Shown: positions 30,305 to 42,826 of the stretch, piece after piece
Layout: every line of letters starts with the position of its first letter
How positions within the stretch are numbered: the stretch's first letter is position 1
NCBI RefSeq assembly: GCF_011386835.1
Contig: NC_088795.1
Location: forward strand, 54,064,001 to 54,128,000
Reading direction: 5' to 3'
DNA from: Chrysemys picta bellii
Lineage: Eukaryota
DNA: 64,000 nt
The notes under the pieces: generated by a model
Databases searched by the model: none
What the model was told of the DNA's origin: nothing
The model's input: the letters and a program-made list of their open reading frames with translations, nothing else
Position numbers and translations under genes: made by a program

Positions 30305-31390
30305 TGTAGGGATCATGAAGTGTTGTCCTTCTTGTATGACTAAAGGGCAGCAGAACTAAACTTAAAATGCCTGAAATTGATGGGTCTCCCTAACATCACT
30401 CACTAAGCATGGGGCAATGAATCAAGTGAAAGTCAGAGGTGGTGGGAACAGCTGTTTCTACCTGGTGGAGAGGACTCCGTTTAAGGGTTCTACATGCCAT
30501 TTGACCCTTCCCCTCCAGTGCTTAAAGCTAGAGCTAGTTAGACTCAGTTGAGTCTATGTCTCTTCTCAGTGACCTCGAGAGCTGAAATCACCGATAAGCT
30601 GGTTATGGGAGCTAAGCCTTAGACCTGGTGTGGAGAAAGTGTTCCGGTGAGGCAAAACACAGAGGAGACAGTGGCAGTGAGGTTCTATGCTATCTGCTGG
30701 CATCACTGTATCTGATGTCACTAAGAACTGGGCTAGGTAATGGAACCTCAGAATATGGTTCTTCAGTTAAAGGCCATGTGGTGAGAGACACAGCAGCAGT
30801 AAAGTCTGTATCCAGCAAATCTTAGCGCTGTGACTACTAATAGGCACAGCAAAACAGTAGCTGAGGCAGTAGTGAGTAGCAGCAGCAGCTAAACAGCAGC
30901 ACTGCAGCAGAGGCATCACTTGCCCCACTCCTGCTCCCCAGGGGCTGGAGGTGAACTCACCTGAAAGCACATCTTGACCTCAGAACAAACCATGAGTGGG
31001 GTACAGCAGAAGAAATGGGGGAGTCGTGTTAAAGGGACAATTGTCCCTTGGACTTGCATACTCCATGGCAAAGGACAGCCCAACATACTGTGGGCCAGGT
31101 GTTTTACTTATTGTTTGCTTACTTTTGAGTCATTGTTGCTGTGTTTTCCCAAATTAATGGTGTGGTCTCTTCTCCCCATAATCAAGTTTTCCTTTTGGTT
31201 GTCTCTTTCTCTCACACACATACATACACAGAGCATTGGTCTGGGGAAGAAGTGCCCAGGGGTGGTATTTAATTTTCCCAGATTTCTGGGTGGAGGCTTG
31301 AGCTGGTTCTGTTTTGTAATTTTAAGAGGAATCCCTATATACTGAACCTGGGCCTTGCTGCTGTTGACACCATCTGGCAGAAGAGTTACG
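30305..31390. mobile_element. Solo LTR (Gypsy/ERV-type; left boundary approximate)
   Basis: Ends ...CATCTGGCAGAAGAGTTACG, the degenerate form of a recalled turtle LTR end GGCAGAAGGGTTACA. No clear TSD. Confidence 0.55.
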
Positions 31391-33427
31391 TAAGATTGTT
31401 TGTGAGACCTTGAAATGTGGGACAGATTATATAGCTTGGAGATGAGATAAATTGTATTTTTCCTTTGTTCATCACACCAAGGATCACAGCCACCAGAGAG
31501 GAAGCTGCACCAACCCTCTAGTAGGAACATCCCACATTCAGTATTAAAGACAGGGTAGATTCCTCCTGGCAAAGACAAGCATTTCCCCATGGAAACTCTG
31601 TCCTGTGGGAGAGATGCAGACACTCCCTCCACCAAACTGAGGGTCAGTTCTGTAATGCTTATGCTCCCATCTCCTGCCAACTTGCGGAATATAAAAGAAG
31701 TTAGAAATGAAATGTGACCCCTTCACTAGGCTAGTTTGGAACAGGCAGAAATCCAAATACTTCAGATTATTCCAAGCAATTCATAGTTGAGGCAAGTAAA
31801 GTGGAGTGTCTAATCTAAAGCAGAACCCTACAATATTTGTTCGGTTTTTATTCCTCCAGGATGACATAATGAATGCCAAAAGTTTATTCAGGCAAAGTAT
31901 TTTCCAGTTAGTTCTCATCAGACCTACAGTCAATAGATTAAAAAGTGAAGCAATGACAGAATGAAAAATAAATAGAACATAAATCAAGAGTGCGATATCT
32001 GTTACCAATCGGTAAAAACGAAAAGTGCTGCTCGATGTAACTACATAGCAAGCAAACAATGTAGTTTTTTAAAAACAAAGGATTACTCAGTAATTCTATT
32101 TTAGGGTATCTAGGATGAATTTACAGTTTATATATATTTTGTTCCCAACTCTATTCTATCATTAAAATAACACTTATTATAATGCCTTCATAATATATTA
32201 ATATGACTAGCTCTAGGTTTCTGAAAACCAAAATGTAATCTCATGATCTTTTTGTATACACTATTTTTTCACTAATAGAAAATTACAGAAGATCACATTA
32301 TTAACTAATAAAAAATGACACACACACACACACAGAGTGACATTTAAACGTTGTTTAAGATTTTGCTCTGCTAGTTGAACATTGATAATGCTCATTTCCT
32401 CTAGAATCAAAGATTACAGATCTCCCCCTTGGGCCATTTGTTGTTTAAATAAGCGGTCTCCTACCACTAGAGGGTACTCTTGTTGAATGTTGTTAAAACA
32501 TTTTTGATGTTGGATTTGATCTGTGTGAAATTTTCCTTATGAATCCAAACATGGATGTGATTACCAGTATATCCAAATTAGAATTAGATCCAAATTAATG
32601 AAAAGATGCACTACATTTCAAAAACCTTTTCAAGCAAAGCTGAGATGTTTTGTGGCTTTGATTTGAAATCAAGTAAAACGTGGACTACATTTTGCATGGA
32701 TACGTCTGAATAAGTGCAAATCAGAACTGAAAGAAAGGTTGGCATTTATATTAGAGAATGATCTATCTTTACATGACATAGTACATAATATGTTCCATCT
32801 TGATCCTAGCAACCCGGTGAGGTTGGCCACAGATGAAAAATAAAGCAAGGGAAATTAATGTTTTTTACCAGAATAATCTTTTTGCTCACATACTATTTTG
32901 TTGTTCCTTTAGTACATGAAATATTTGTCATGTTACAGCATTAATTAAAAAAAAATGAAACCTGTTTCTGTTGAACTATGTAAGCCTCAATCAAATATCC
33001 AATAAGCAGTAATTGTATTAACAGGAACCGGAGTGCAAACCAAATGTGGACTGCGAGTTCTATGATGGGGTCTTTTGTCAACCTCATCATTAATATGAAT
33101 CTGATTGCTTGGATCAAGATGGAACATTGTGCACTATGACTTGTAGGGACAGATCATTGGCTGGTATAAATTGGCATAGGCTTGAAGCTAGGCTGATTTA
33201 CACCAACTATCTGGCTTGTGGTCTCCCTAGGCCACAACTCTGTGTTGCCCTTTTTCTGACACTAGTATCTCGTTCTGACATCGATGTTGGCTCTTTGTTG
33301 AGTGGGAGCAGATGTCTGGGCCCTGCAGATCAGCTTTTCAGTGAGAGAGAAGTAAGTAATGTGGAGTTTGGTATTTTCTAAATGTAACTTTTCCATTTAC
33401 ACATATACACCAGTCCAGCAATAGAGG

Positions 33428-34272
33428 TGTTCGAACAGCAGCGGGTCTGACCGGTTAACAAATATCCTGTAATATTTTGAATGAACTTTACTGAATTAAG
33501 TTAAATCATATTGAATTAGAGTTAATACCTTTGGGGTATTAGTGTTTATGTACTGTTGAGAGAATGTTGGGAATGTCTGCAAAAGGAAGACAAGATGAAA
33601 GATCTCTGGAAGGTGTGAGGTAATTCAAAAGTCTTTTTGGAACAGTAAGTATGAAGTGGATTTCCTAGGAAGTACCTTAAGGTGAGGGGAATGCAAATTC
33701 TCCCTTCTGAAGCCAACGTTTTGAAGATATGCCCTTTGGAGAGAGACCCATTTTACAGTAATTACCCACTTCTAGAAACTCCAGGTCAAAGACCCCTGAT
33801 CTGTATAAAAGAGTGGACTAAACTTGTCATGGGGCTGCTTATTCTAAGCTGAAGTTGCAATGTTAGAAGTCTGCTCTTGCCAGAGCCTACTGGGATGCAT
33901 GTAGAGTTGGGATGAACTTTGGTAAGCCTATTAGCATGCATGTAGGTTTTTTTATTGTTTTAGTATGTTTTTTCTGTGATGCTTTCACCTTAAGAAGGCG
34001 TGTTTAGAAAGAGCTGTGTGGTAACATATCTGTATCAATCACTCTTATCAGTCTCTGAAGAGAAAGCAAGCAGGTCGGTTTAGGCAGACTGTCTTTGCTA
34101 GGAGCAACACAGTGAAAGCAGGGAACTGTTCGGCCTGCACGTGCCCTGGTCAGAAGGGAGTGAGACATGGGTCTTCAACCAAAGAACAGCTGGGGAGGTG
34201 AAAGCCAGAGATTGGGTGCCCTTGCTAGACCACTGAGGGAAAATACATGTGTAGTTTCCCTCAACTATGACA
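33428..34272. mobile_element. Solo LTR
   Basis: TG...CA ends (TGTTCG...CTATGACA) with an internal TATAAAA. Sequence is typical of turtle LTR families. TSD is imperfect. Confidence 0.6.
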
Positions 34273-36297
34273 GCAGGCAATCCCTCTTTGCTGGGCTGAG
34301 ATTCCCGAAACGACTGGTTCCTAGAAAGCAACTTTGCCCCAAGAATTAGCACTAATCAGGGACCGAGACAGAACAAACTCTCTTGCTTCTTACATAGCTT
34401 ACTCTCCCAAGACCACCGCCTCTACACAGAACCTTGCATAACCAAAGCTAACACTACCACAATGTGTCTTTCCAAAACTGAACATTTATTCACATTCTAA
34501 GAAAAAGAAAAATCAGCATAAAAAACCTGTTCATCATTTTCTTCTCTTCTAGACATGGGGATTTTTCACTTTGTGACCCAAAATAAATAAAAAAATGTAA
34601 ACTAAAAAGCACTTAAAACCACTTACCAGCAGTGACCACATGGTGAGATTTCTTCAGTATTTAGTTCAAGAAAGGAGGAAATGATAACTTACTCCCATGT
34701 AAGTCAAAGGGAGTTTTGTGATTAATTTCAAGGGGAGCAGGTTCTATATCTCGGCTACCATGGTATGTTACTTTTTGGCAATCCTTGTTTACAGAGCCTC
34801 TGAATGCGTATACCGAACATGAACTTTATAAATAAAGCTTTGGTACAAAAAGGCCCACATTCTGTCTTACTAAATTCAAAATACACAACTACTGAACTAC
34901 TTTGTTATAAATTTCTCTTTCCTTTCCTGAACGAACAACTGTAAGAGGCTTGATTAAATTATTTGTTTTGATGATGTAGAGAACAATAACTAGGAGTGGT
35001 GAGTGGCAGAGTCTCACATCTTGAATATTCTTATACATTTGTGCTAGTATAGTATGCTAGTATTCTATGAATAAACCTGAGACCCCCACTGCACCAAAAC
35101 TCCACTCCGGTGATGCTGTCTGAAGAGTCCTGTCCTCAGTTCTCATTTTGACCATCGATGGTCAGTCTTTGGTTTCATCCTGCTGTGACAGGCAGCATGA
35201 GATACTTCAGCATGTACAAGATGCTAAGACCTATTCTTTCCCTCTATGCCTGCAAACCATGGAGGAAATGCTCTTGGCAAGGATAGGCCAGAATCCTCAT
35301 ATTCTCTGAAGATTTCCCAGTAGATCCAGGCCTCTACTGCTTTTATTAGCCATGCTAGCTCCAAATCCTCCCTCCTTTCCTGCCTTTAGTCTACTCCCAA
35401 GGGTAAGATATGGCTTTAACTCTTGCAGTTTAGGACTCATGTTTTATCGTCCTTTGGGTATAACAGTGGAACAGTAACATATAACCTATAGACCATATAT
35501 GGAGCTCCCAAACACCACAAAACTTGTTTTGTACAATATTCATTTTTCTGTTGGTCTAATTTATATGGAAAAATAAATTACTTGCTAAACAAACTATATC
35601 ATTGGCTAGTTAAAAGAGATAGCATAGTATTATTTTAGGTTTCAGAAGCAGTTATGTGATTGAACCATAATTAAGGTATTAAACTACTTTTGCAGTTTCA
35701 ATTACTTTTTATATGCCTGAAAAGTAACTTTGAAGTCTCAACATAAAATTAATAAAGCATAAAACTATGCAGGAGTGCCAAGTGAGTAATTTCAGCTGCC
35801 CCAGGCAATCTGACCTACTTCTGAATAAACTCCTGATTGTCTGAGGAAACACAAACCCAGAAAACTAGAAATCAAAGGATCTAGTATTAATGTATTTGTT
35901 AACTTAGTATTGTGACAAAACTGATGAAGCTGATAGAAAAGTTTATTAAATGAAATGAAGCCGCAGCATGTGAGATAATGGTACCATTGTAGTGGTTTAG
36001 TGAATTTCAGTGGACCAAAATATGAGAAATTTTGAAGTGTATTTTTATAGTTGTGTTAACCAGACAAGTGTGTTAATTTACAGATAAGGCAAGAAATATC
36101 TTAATAAAAATGCATGTTTCTTAGTCAAGTTGTGATCTGGTAAAATGTTGCGTCACCCATGGGGCTGTTGGGACAAATGTTTTCTTCCAGAAAAGATCCC
36201 CCACCTCAAAAGCTTTCTGTGATGTAACTCCAAGGGCAGGTTGCTGCTAGCCATATTAAATCTGAGGTACAGGAAATGATATAAAGCCTGACTCTGC

Positions 36298-37063
36298 TGG
36301 TCATAAACAGATAGTTAGGGTTAATGCCTCTTTTACCTGTAAAGGGTTAAGAAGTTCACCTAGCCTAGCTGACACCTGACCAGAGGAACCAATGGGGGAA
36401 CAAGATGTTTCAAAAGGAAGGAGGGAAGTTCCTTTTGTCTTAGGTCAGTGTCAGTTTGGCCAAAGTGGAAAAGATCAAGGAATCAGCCTCTTATCAGAGT
36501 AGTGAGTATTAAGGAAGGAAAAAAATAGTTTTATGTTTATTTTCTTTTGTAACTTGTCTTGGCATAAGGGGGATAATCAAATTGGGTATTCTTTAGTGTA
36601 CTAAGGTTTTTGCCCAGGGGAACATCCTGTGTTTTCAATCTGTTGTCTGTGAGATCAGCTTGTATGCTATCTTCCAGAGGGGTTTTTTTTAACCTCTCTT
36701 TTCTTTAATTAAAAGCCTTCTTTTTAAGAACCTGATTGATTTTTCCTTGTTTTAAGATCCAAGGGGGTTGGATCTGGACTCACCAGGAATTGGTGGGGGA
36801 AGGATGGGGGGGATGGTTAATTTCTCCTTGTTTTAAGATCCAAGGGTTTGGATTGGTGTTCACCAGGGAATTGGTGGAGGAGTCTCTCAAGGCTACCCAG
36901 GGAAGGGTTATAGTACTTGGAAGGGAAAGATTTTGGGGGAGAAGACAGTTTCCCAAATGACTCAAATATTTGGGTAGTGGCAGCATACTGATCTAAGTGG
37001 TAATTAAGCTTAAGGGTTCTCATTCAGGTCCCCACATCTGTACCCTAAAGTTCAGAGTGGGGG
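36298..37063 (+). mobile_element. Gypsy-type solo LTR (3' end clipped)
   Basis: T(G)GTCATAAACAGATAG...TTTTACCTGTAAAGGGTTAA...CACCTGACCAGAGGAACCAAT...GTTCAGAGTGGGG, a recalled abundant turtle LTR. Contains an internal duplication of CCTTGTTTTAAGATCCAAGGG. Confidence 0.8.
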
Positions 37064-37064
37064 T

Positions 37065-37535
37065 TGCTTTTCTTTCCTGTTGAACTGAGGGGGAAATGGC
37101 CAGAGACCCAGCCAGAGTCACTCCTTTTTTTTATAACTTTGAGCTTCCCTTTGTCAGGAGACCCCCTTGCCAGCTTCAGCAGGCAATCACAAACCCTTGC
37201 CAAGTGACTTCATTGCCAAGGAGACCTCTCCCCGCCAAACCAGTTCTCCTGCTTGGGAGACAGTTTATGGTTTAGAGCGATCCTGTTTTGATGGGAGAGC
37301 ACCTAACATCAATGACTTTCTTTTGCCAACAGACTTTGAATTTCAGCCCATGATTCCAACATGTAATTAAACAGACAATAGAGAAGACTGCACCTTCAAA
37401 ATGGAGTTTGCAGCTTGGTAAAGACACATGCAGAGAGTCATTCATGATACACCAGCTTTCATACTGACATATAATAACTTCATAATACCAAATCACAATG
37501 GATAAATTTATACAGACAGATTCCCAAATCATCAC
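37065..37535 (-). mobile_element. Possible second LTR fragment
   Basis: The minus strand begins TGTGATGATTTGGG at ~37535. Non-coding. Confidence 0.3.
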
Positions 37536-38125
37536 AGTCTTTTTCCTTTAATGTGCTTTTGCAAGGGTCTGGCTTGCAATAACTCTTGCTGCAGCCCCTG
37601 ACTGGGAGGTTCCTCTTAGCCCTTGCCCACTATAGCTGGGGACTTCCTTCAGGTTCCCTTGGTCCTTCTTCCCAACTAGTCTAAGACTATTGCTGCTGTC
37701 CATGACTGGGGACTGAGAGGATGCTGCGGCAATGAAAACTTCTGGTTTAAGAGAAAAAGCACAATGTTTTTGGAACTAACTGAATGTGTGATGTTTTCTT
37801 AATGCCTGGTTTCTTCTTCTGTTCAGTTTCATGATAGGTGACATAGTATTGTAGAATTTGAAGTAAATATTTGACCATATCATCTCTTGAGCTAGGTCTG
37901 AATCAAAAATCTGGAGCTGAACACCTCCAGTTCAAATCCTCTTCTAGCCAGCCCTAGTTTGATATTTTCTTGCCCTCGAAGTTTATAAACTAAACAGAAG
38001 AGGGTATACAGGAATGCCCCTTAAATGGCAAAACACTAAACTGAGAAAGTAGAAACTGCTAAACAGTGCAATTGCAATGTTCAGGGCAATCACAAGGTCT
38101 GAGGTGAGGCAAACATAGTAAAAAA

Positions 38126-38486
38126 GAACAGGAGTACTTGTGGCACCTTAGAGCAGGGGTCCCCAAAGCGGTGCCCGTGTGTACCATGGCACCCACCGGG
38201 GCATCTAAGTGCACCCGCATACTGGCTGGCGGCCGAGCATCCGCCGAAATGCCGCCAAGAAGCAGCATCATCCAGAGGTGTTGCTGCCAAAATGCGCCGA
38301 TTTTCAGCACGATACCTCTGGATGCTGCTGCTTGTCGGCAGCATTTCGGCAGTAATGCCTATTGACATTGCCGCTTGTTGGCAGCATTTCGGCGGATGCT
38401 CATCCGCCACTACGGTCCTCTGTGGCTCGTCGCCTGGTGCCCGCCAGACGAAAAAGGTTGGGGACTACTGCCTTAGAGACTAACAA
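38126..38486 (-). mobile_element. Penelope micro-insertion (38126-38153 + 38479-38486) split by a hAT MITE
   Basis: GAACAGGAGTACTTGTGGCACCTTAGAG | ACTAACAA flanked by the repeat ATAGTAAAAAA (38115-38125, 38487-38497). Confidence 0.85.
38154..38470. mobile_element. hAT (Charlie-type) MITE, CpG-rich
   Basis: TIR CAGGGGTCCCCAA / TTGGGGACTACTG with a perfect TSD CCTTAGAG (38146-38153, 38471-38478). Confidence 0.92.
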
Positions 38487-38677
38487 ATAGTAAAAAAAGA
38501 AACCAGTCAATATATCACTTCATTAAAATAAACAAACCCTAAAAACCAAAAAAGCATTCCCCCCGCTCCTTAGTAGATAGTCATTAAGAGGATTCCACTG
38601 TTTGTTTCATCTCACACATATCCGTTAGAAACAAGTGAACTATTTACTGGTCAGCTTTCTATTTCAGCTTATTTGAG

Positions 38678-38875
38678 AGGTAGCATGGTCCAATGGAGAC
38701 CTGGGTTCTATTCCTAACTCTACCCTGACCTTTCTGTGTGATCTTGGAAAAGTCTCTACTTCTCTCTGCCTCAGTTTCCTCATGTGTAAAATACAGATAA
38801 TTCTTACTTTACTTTTTAAAGCATTTTGAGAACTATAGTTGAGAAATGTGGTAAGAACTAAATGTATTTTATTCA
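38678..38875 (+). mobile_element. MIR/CORE-SINE relic
   Basis: GACCTGGGTTCTATTCCTAACTCT...TCTCTGCCTCAGTTTCCTCATGTGTAAAAT. Confidence 0.75.
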
Positions 38876-39821
38876 GCTATTTTGTGCAGTTTCAGAACCC
38901 TTTCTGTAAAATGAGAGTTTAAGGAGTTTCTTGCACTGCTGATGGGGAAAAGCTTGAACCAAAGTAATAATTGTGGAGAAAGTAAGTAGGGAAGACAATT
39001 TAGAAGGATTCTGCAGCAAACTGACAATTCTGTTGCCAAGTTATGAAAATCTCCATTGTCATGAGAGACGTCTCCAGGAGTCTAGTTGGGAGGTAGGAAT
39101 ATATAATTAAGAAATCTATAAATAAAAAGACATGGGCACTAGGAATGGAAAGGAATACAATGTGGTCTACAAATGCAAAATGGCCATTGCTAGACCTTTT
39201 CCTCCTGCTCTCCTCTGTTTACCACCCCCCTTCCTCCTCTTTGATCTAGTTGGTTGAAGTTGGAATTGGCCATCTTGGTAGAGACTGATGATGTAAATGC
39301 AACTATATGGCTTCATCTATGTGCCTCCAACCTGTTTGGGTGAGTTCAGAAGGTATTTTGATGTCCATTCTCATTCAGTTCAGGGCCTGTCTGTTGGGAC
39401 TGCCAGCAACCAATTATATAGAATTTTGGGTCATATCTTCAGCTGTTGTAAATGAGCTTAGCACCACTGGATCTGACCCTATATATATTACAAACTTGTC
39501 TGAAACACTTTGCGTACTTCACATAGGTCAAACTGCCAACAGATGGTTTAAAGTTTTGGTCACTATTAACCTGGGTTGCACCCAAACTAGTGACCTAGGT
39601 TGAAATTCTGCTGTCAGCTGCATCAGTGTGAATCCAGAGCAACTCCATCCACTTAGCTGGAGTGACTTTGGGTTTATAATAATGTAAATGTGGGTAGAAT
39701 TTGACCCATAGAGATGGAATGCTCTAATCTCATTATTAAAGTCAATACACTATGGGATGATGAGATACTCCTCTATACTGCATTTGAACAAACACTTAAG
39801 GGCCTATTTTCATTAATTTCT

Positions 39822-40338
39822 AGATTACAATGCGGTGTCCAGTTCTCGGCACAGCATTTCAAGAAAGATGTGGAGAAATTGGAGAGGGTCCAGAGAAGAG
39901 CAACAAGAATGATTAAAGGTCCTGAGAACATGACCTATGAAGGAAGGCTGAAAGAATTGGGTTTGTTTAGTTTGGAAAAGAGAAGACTGAGAGGGGACAT
40001 GATAGCAGTTTTCAGGTATCTAAAAGGGTGTCATAAGGAGGAGGGAGAAAACTTGTTCACCTTAGCCTCTAAGGATAGAGCAAGAAGCAATGGGCTTAAA
40101 CTACAGCAAGGGAGGTTTAGGTTGGACATTAGGAAAAAGTTCTTAACTGTCAGGGTAGTTAAACACTGGAATAAATTGCCTACGGAGGTTGTGGAATCTC
40201 CATCTCTGGAGATATTTAAGAATAGGTTAGATAAATGTCTATCAGGGATGGTCTAGACAGTATTTGGTCCTGCCATGAGGGCAAGGGACTGGACTCTATG
40301 ACCTCTCGAGGTCCCTTCCAGTCCTAGAATCTATGAAT
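39822..40338 (+). mobile_element. CR1 3' fragment with an uninterrupted ORF2 C-terminus (young)
   Basis: [31 protein letters not shown]...NRLDKCLSGMV* followed by the tail CCCTTCCAGTCCTAGAATCTATGAATCT. Confidence 0.93.
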
Positions 40339-40588
40339 CTCACTCCATTTTACAAAACCAAATTGTCACTGACTTTATCCTTTTCAGTCCCATTCTCCAA
40401 AAGCATTACATAAAAAGACCAAGAAACTTTCACTTAGCTTAGCACATACACCCATCTCCTTAGATGGGAACAAAGAAGAGGTGCACAAACATCCCTTTGG
40501 CTTCCCTATTCAAGCACCTAACCACTAAGAGCATTTCAGTGAACCAAGAAATTTTTTTTTGTCTATTCAGATTCATTCATTTTATATA

Positions 40589-40692
40589 GGCCAGATTCTC
40601 TTCTCACATACATCTATGTAGTTCAGGAGTACCTATGTTGAAATGAATGGAGTTTTATTAATGTAAAACCAATATATGTGACAGAATCAGGC
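40589..40692. mobile_element. Short hairpin-type MITE (Chompy/Harbinger-like)
   Basis: Ends GGCCAGATTCTC / GACAGAATCAGGC with an internal AATGGAGTT. Similar relics lie at ~6975-7045, ~12340-12410, ~12738-12795 and ~33110-33215. Confidence 0.5.
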
Positions 40693-40695
40693 TTA

Positions 40696-40722
40696 GCGCA
40701 CGCGCGCGCACACACACACACA
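40696..40722. repeat. (GC)n(CA)n alternating purine-pyrimidine tract (Z-DNA prone)
   Basis: GCGCACGCGCGCGCACACACACACACA. Confidence 0.85.
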
Positions 40723-42826
40723 AATTAAACTTCCCCATCTTTCCTTGAAGCATTGCAAACACACATCCACTTAGAGAATTAGAGTACAGAAAAACCATGA
40801 AAAATGGTTATTTGCATTTTCAATCACATTCTTTCAGTATTACAAAACCCACTCACTCTTGCTCTCACTTTGCTTAGTCCTGTAATCTTTTTAGAGCATA
40901 TAAGTGAAGGAAATATATTTTCAAACATAAAACAACCTTTGAAAACTAAAAGCAAGTTTGCTGGAGTATTCACATAGGCATCATCAAGAAAATGTTTCCA
41001 CAGAGTGTATTATAGTCAAGAGAGGATATGGGAGATTTGATAGTTTTCCAACCTATGAGATGCGAGAGAAATCTAGAGGGGGATGGGTCAGGACACTGAA
41101 GAAGAGCAATACTGATAGAGAAGGTTGCATGACTCCAGACCCATCCTATCCCTATTGCAACTGTGCTTCTGTTCTTTCTGACAGTGGATAGGCAATTGAA
41201 GGCCACCAGCTTTCCCTTGCTGCTCCCGTAGCTACCTTAATGCATCTGACCACGTTTCACAGGTATAGGGATGCAAATTTAGAAAGCAGTCTGGTGACCC
41301 TAGTTTCTCTTCTCCACTCCAATGGGATTCAGGTCAGTTGTAGGTTGCACTAACAGATGTCCTTAGCTCAAATAGCATGGTGGACTGAGGAGTGGGGAAT
41401 ATTCATTCTATTATTGACCTATACAAAAGTCTGTTATTCTGGTGTGGAGATCCCCCAAAATGTGGATTGGATTGTGGAGGCCACCTGAGTCAACTTCAAG
41501 GTAAATTTGGTTTATAAACAGTGGGATAAGCCAAAGGATTGTAGCACAGGAGCTTATCCTCCTTTTGAAAACTTTGGTCAAAAGAAAAACCATCCCTTTC
41601 AGCTCTACCAATAAAACATTGATAGAAGCTGTTGATTGAATATTAAGGATTGGTTTCCTCATCCCATGGCAAAATTTATTGAGGGGCCAAGAGAGAAGAA
41701 AGCTCCACAAGGATCCCCACACTGAGAGTCCCTCGCATCATCTTATCTGCCTCCCTATCCTGCCCACTCCACCTCAGCCTCACTTCCCATACTCTCTCAA
41801 GCCATTGGAGGAGCCTAAAGAACCAAGACAGCGAAAATGTGGGATGCAATGTGATTAGTCCAAGGTGTCTCAGCAGACCAGTAGCAGAACCAGAAGAAGA
41901 ATACAGATCTCCTGACCCAGTACTCTACCCAAACTGCCATCCCCCATTTATTTATTTTTGAATGAATGTAGCACTTGTTTCAGATGCTGGACAGACAGTC
42001 CATGGAGGGTCCTCAGCAGAGGCACTTTCCCAATCAATTTTGGAACACAGTATGTGATCATTTTTACCTGTTGCTTTTAATTAGCTCTTAACTTACTTGA
42101 ATATATTAGTTTGCCTACCCACTTGTGCATTTTACCAGCTGTCCAGCAGCCTTGGAGGCTGAAATTCTCTCTAGAGGATGTTAAGGGCAGTGAGACTCAG
42201 GTATGCCTGTGCTATGGTCTGGAGGAAATCACTGCTAGCTGTGAAAGGGTAATTCACTTTGAAAACCCATTACAATCTTTGATCCCTGCTAGCAATGGTA
42301 CTAATTATGACGGTGATTGTGATATATAGTCTTCTGTCCAGCAGGGAGTGGTCTATCATCAAACATATTTCATACAAGCCACTGAACAGCTTTCAGAAGT
42401 TAAAGACTTTTGATTACTACTGATCTGAATTGGAGCTGTGTTTTATAACCTTGTTTACAGAATGGGTAAAACTCTGGCTGGAGTACAAAATACCTTTGTC
42501 CTCACTATAATTGCAGAGGCTTAAATTGCACTGGTAGCAATTTTATAACTTGACATTGACTCTAGACTCTGCATATTTGCTACTATAGATTGCTTTAGTC
42601 TCTGTCTTTCTGTATAAGAAATTAGTTGTTAATCAACATTATTGGAAAAAAACAACAACGCAATATATAATTTAGTAATATGTGGGATTAAACAAATGTT
42701 CCTTTGTTTTGTTTTTGCATTTTAAGTTTATTTTTACATTTTTCTTGAAATTATCCATTGCAGTTCAAGATGCAGTTCCTTTGCAGACAGTAGAACAGCA
42801 ACGTTTTAAGACTACCATACCTTTGA

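Noticed and set aside
31108-31680. 190-aa minus-strand ORF
   Set aside because: It spans the LTR end and flanking DNA, has a non-canonical start and shows no gag/pol/env motifs.
35149-35164. Perfect 16-bp palindrome TGACCATCGATGGTCA
   Set aside because: About one such palindrome is expected by chance in 64 kb (64000/4^8), and there is no other support.
35120-35165. CTGAAGAG followed by a short stem, a hammerhead-like start
   Set aside because: No GAAA core or closing helices follow.
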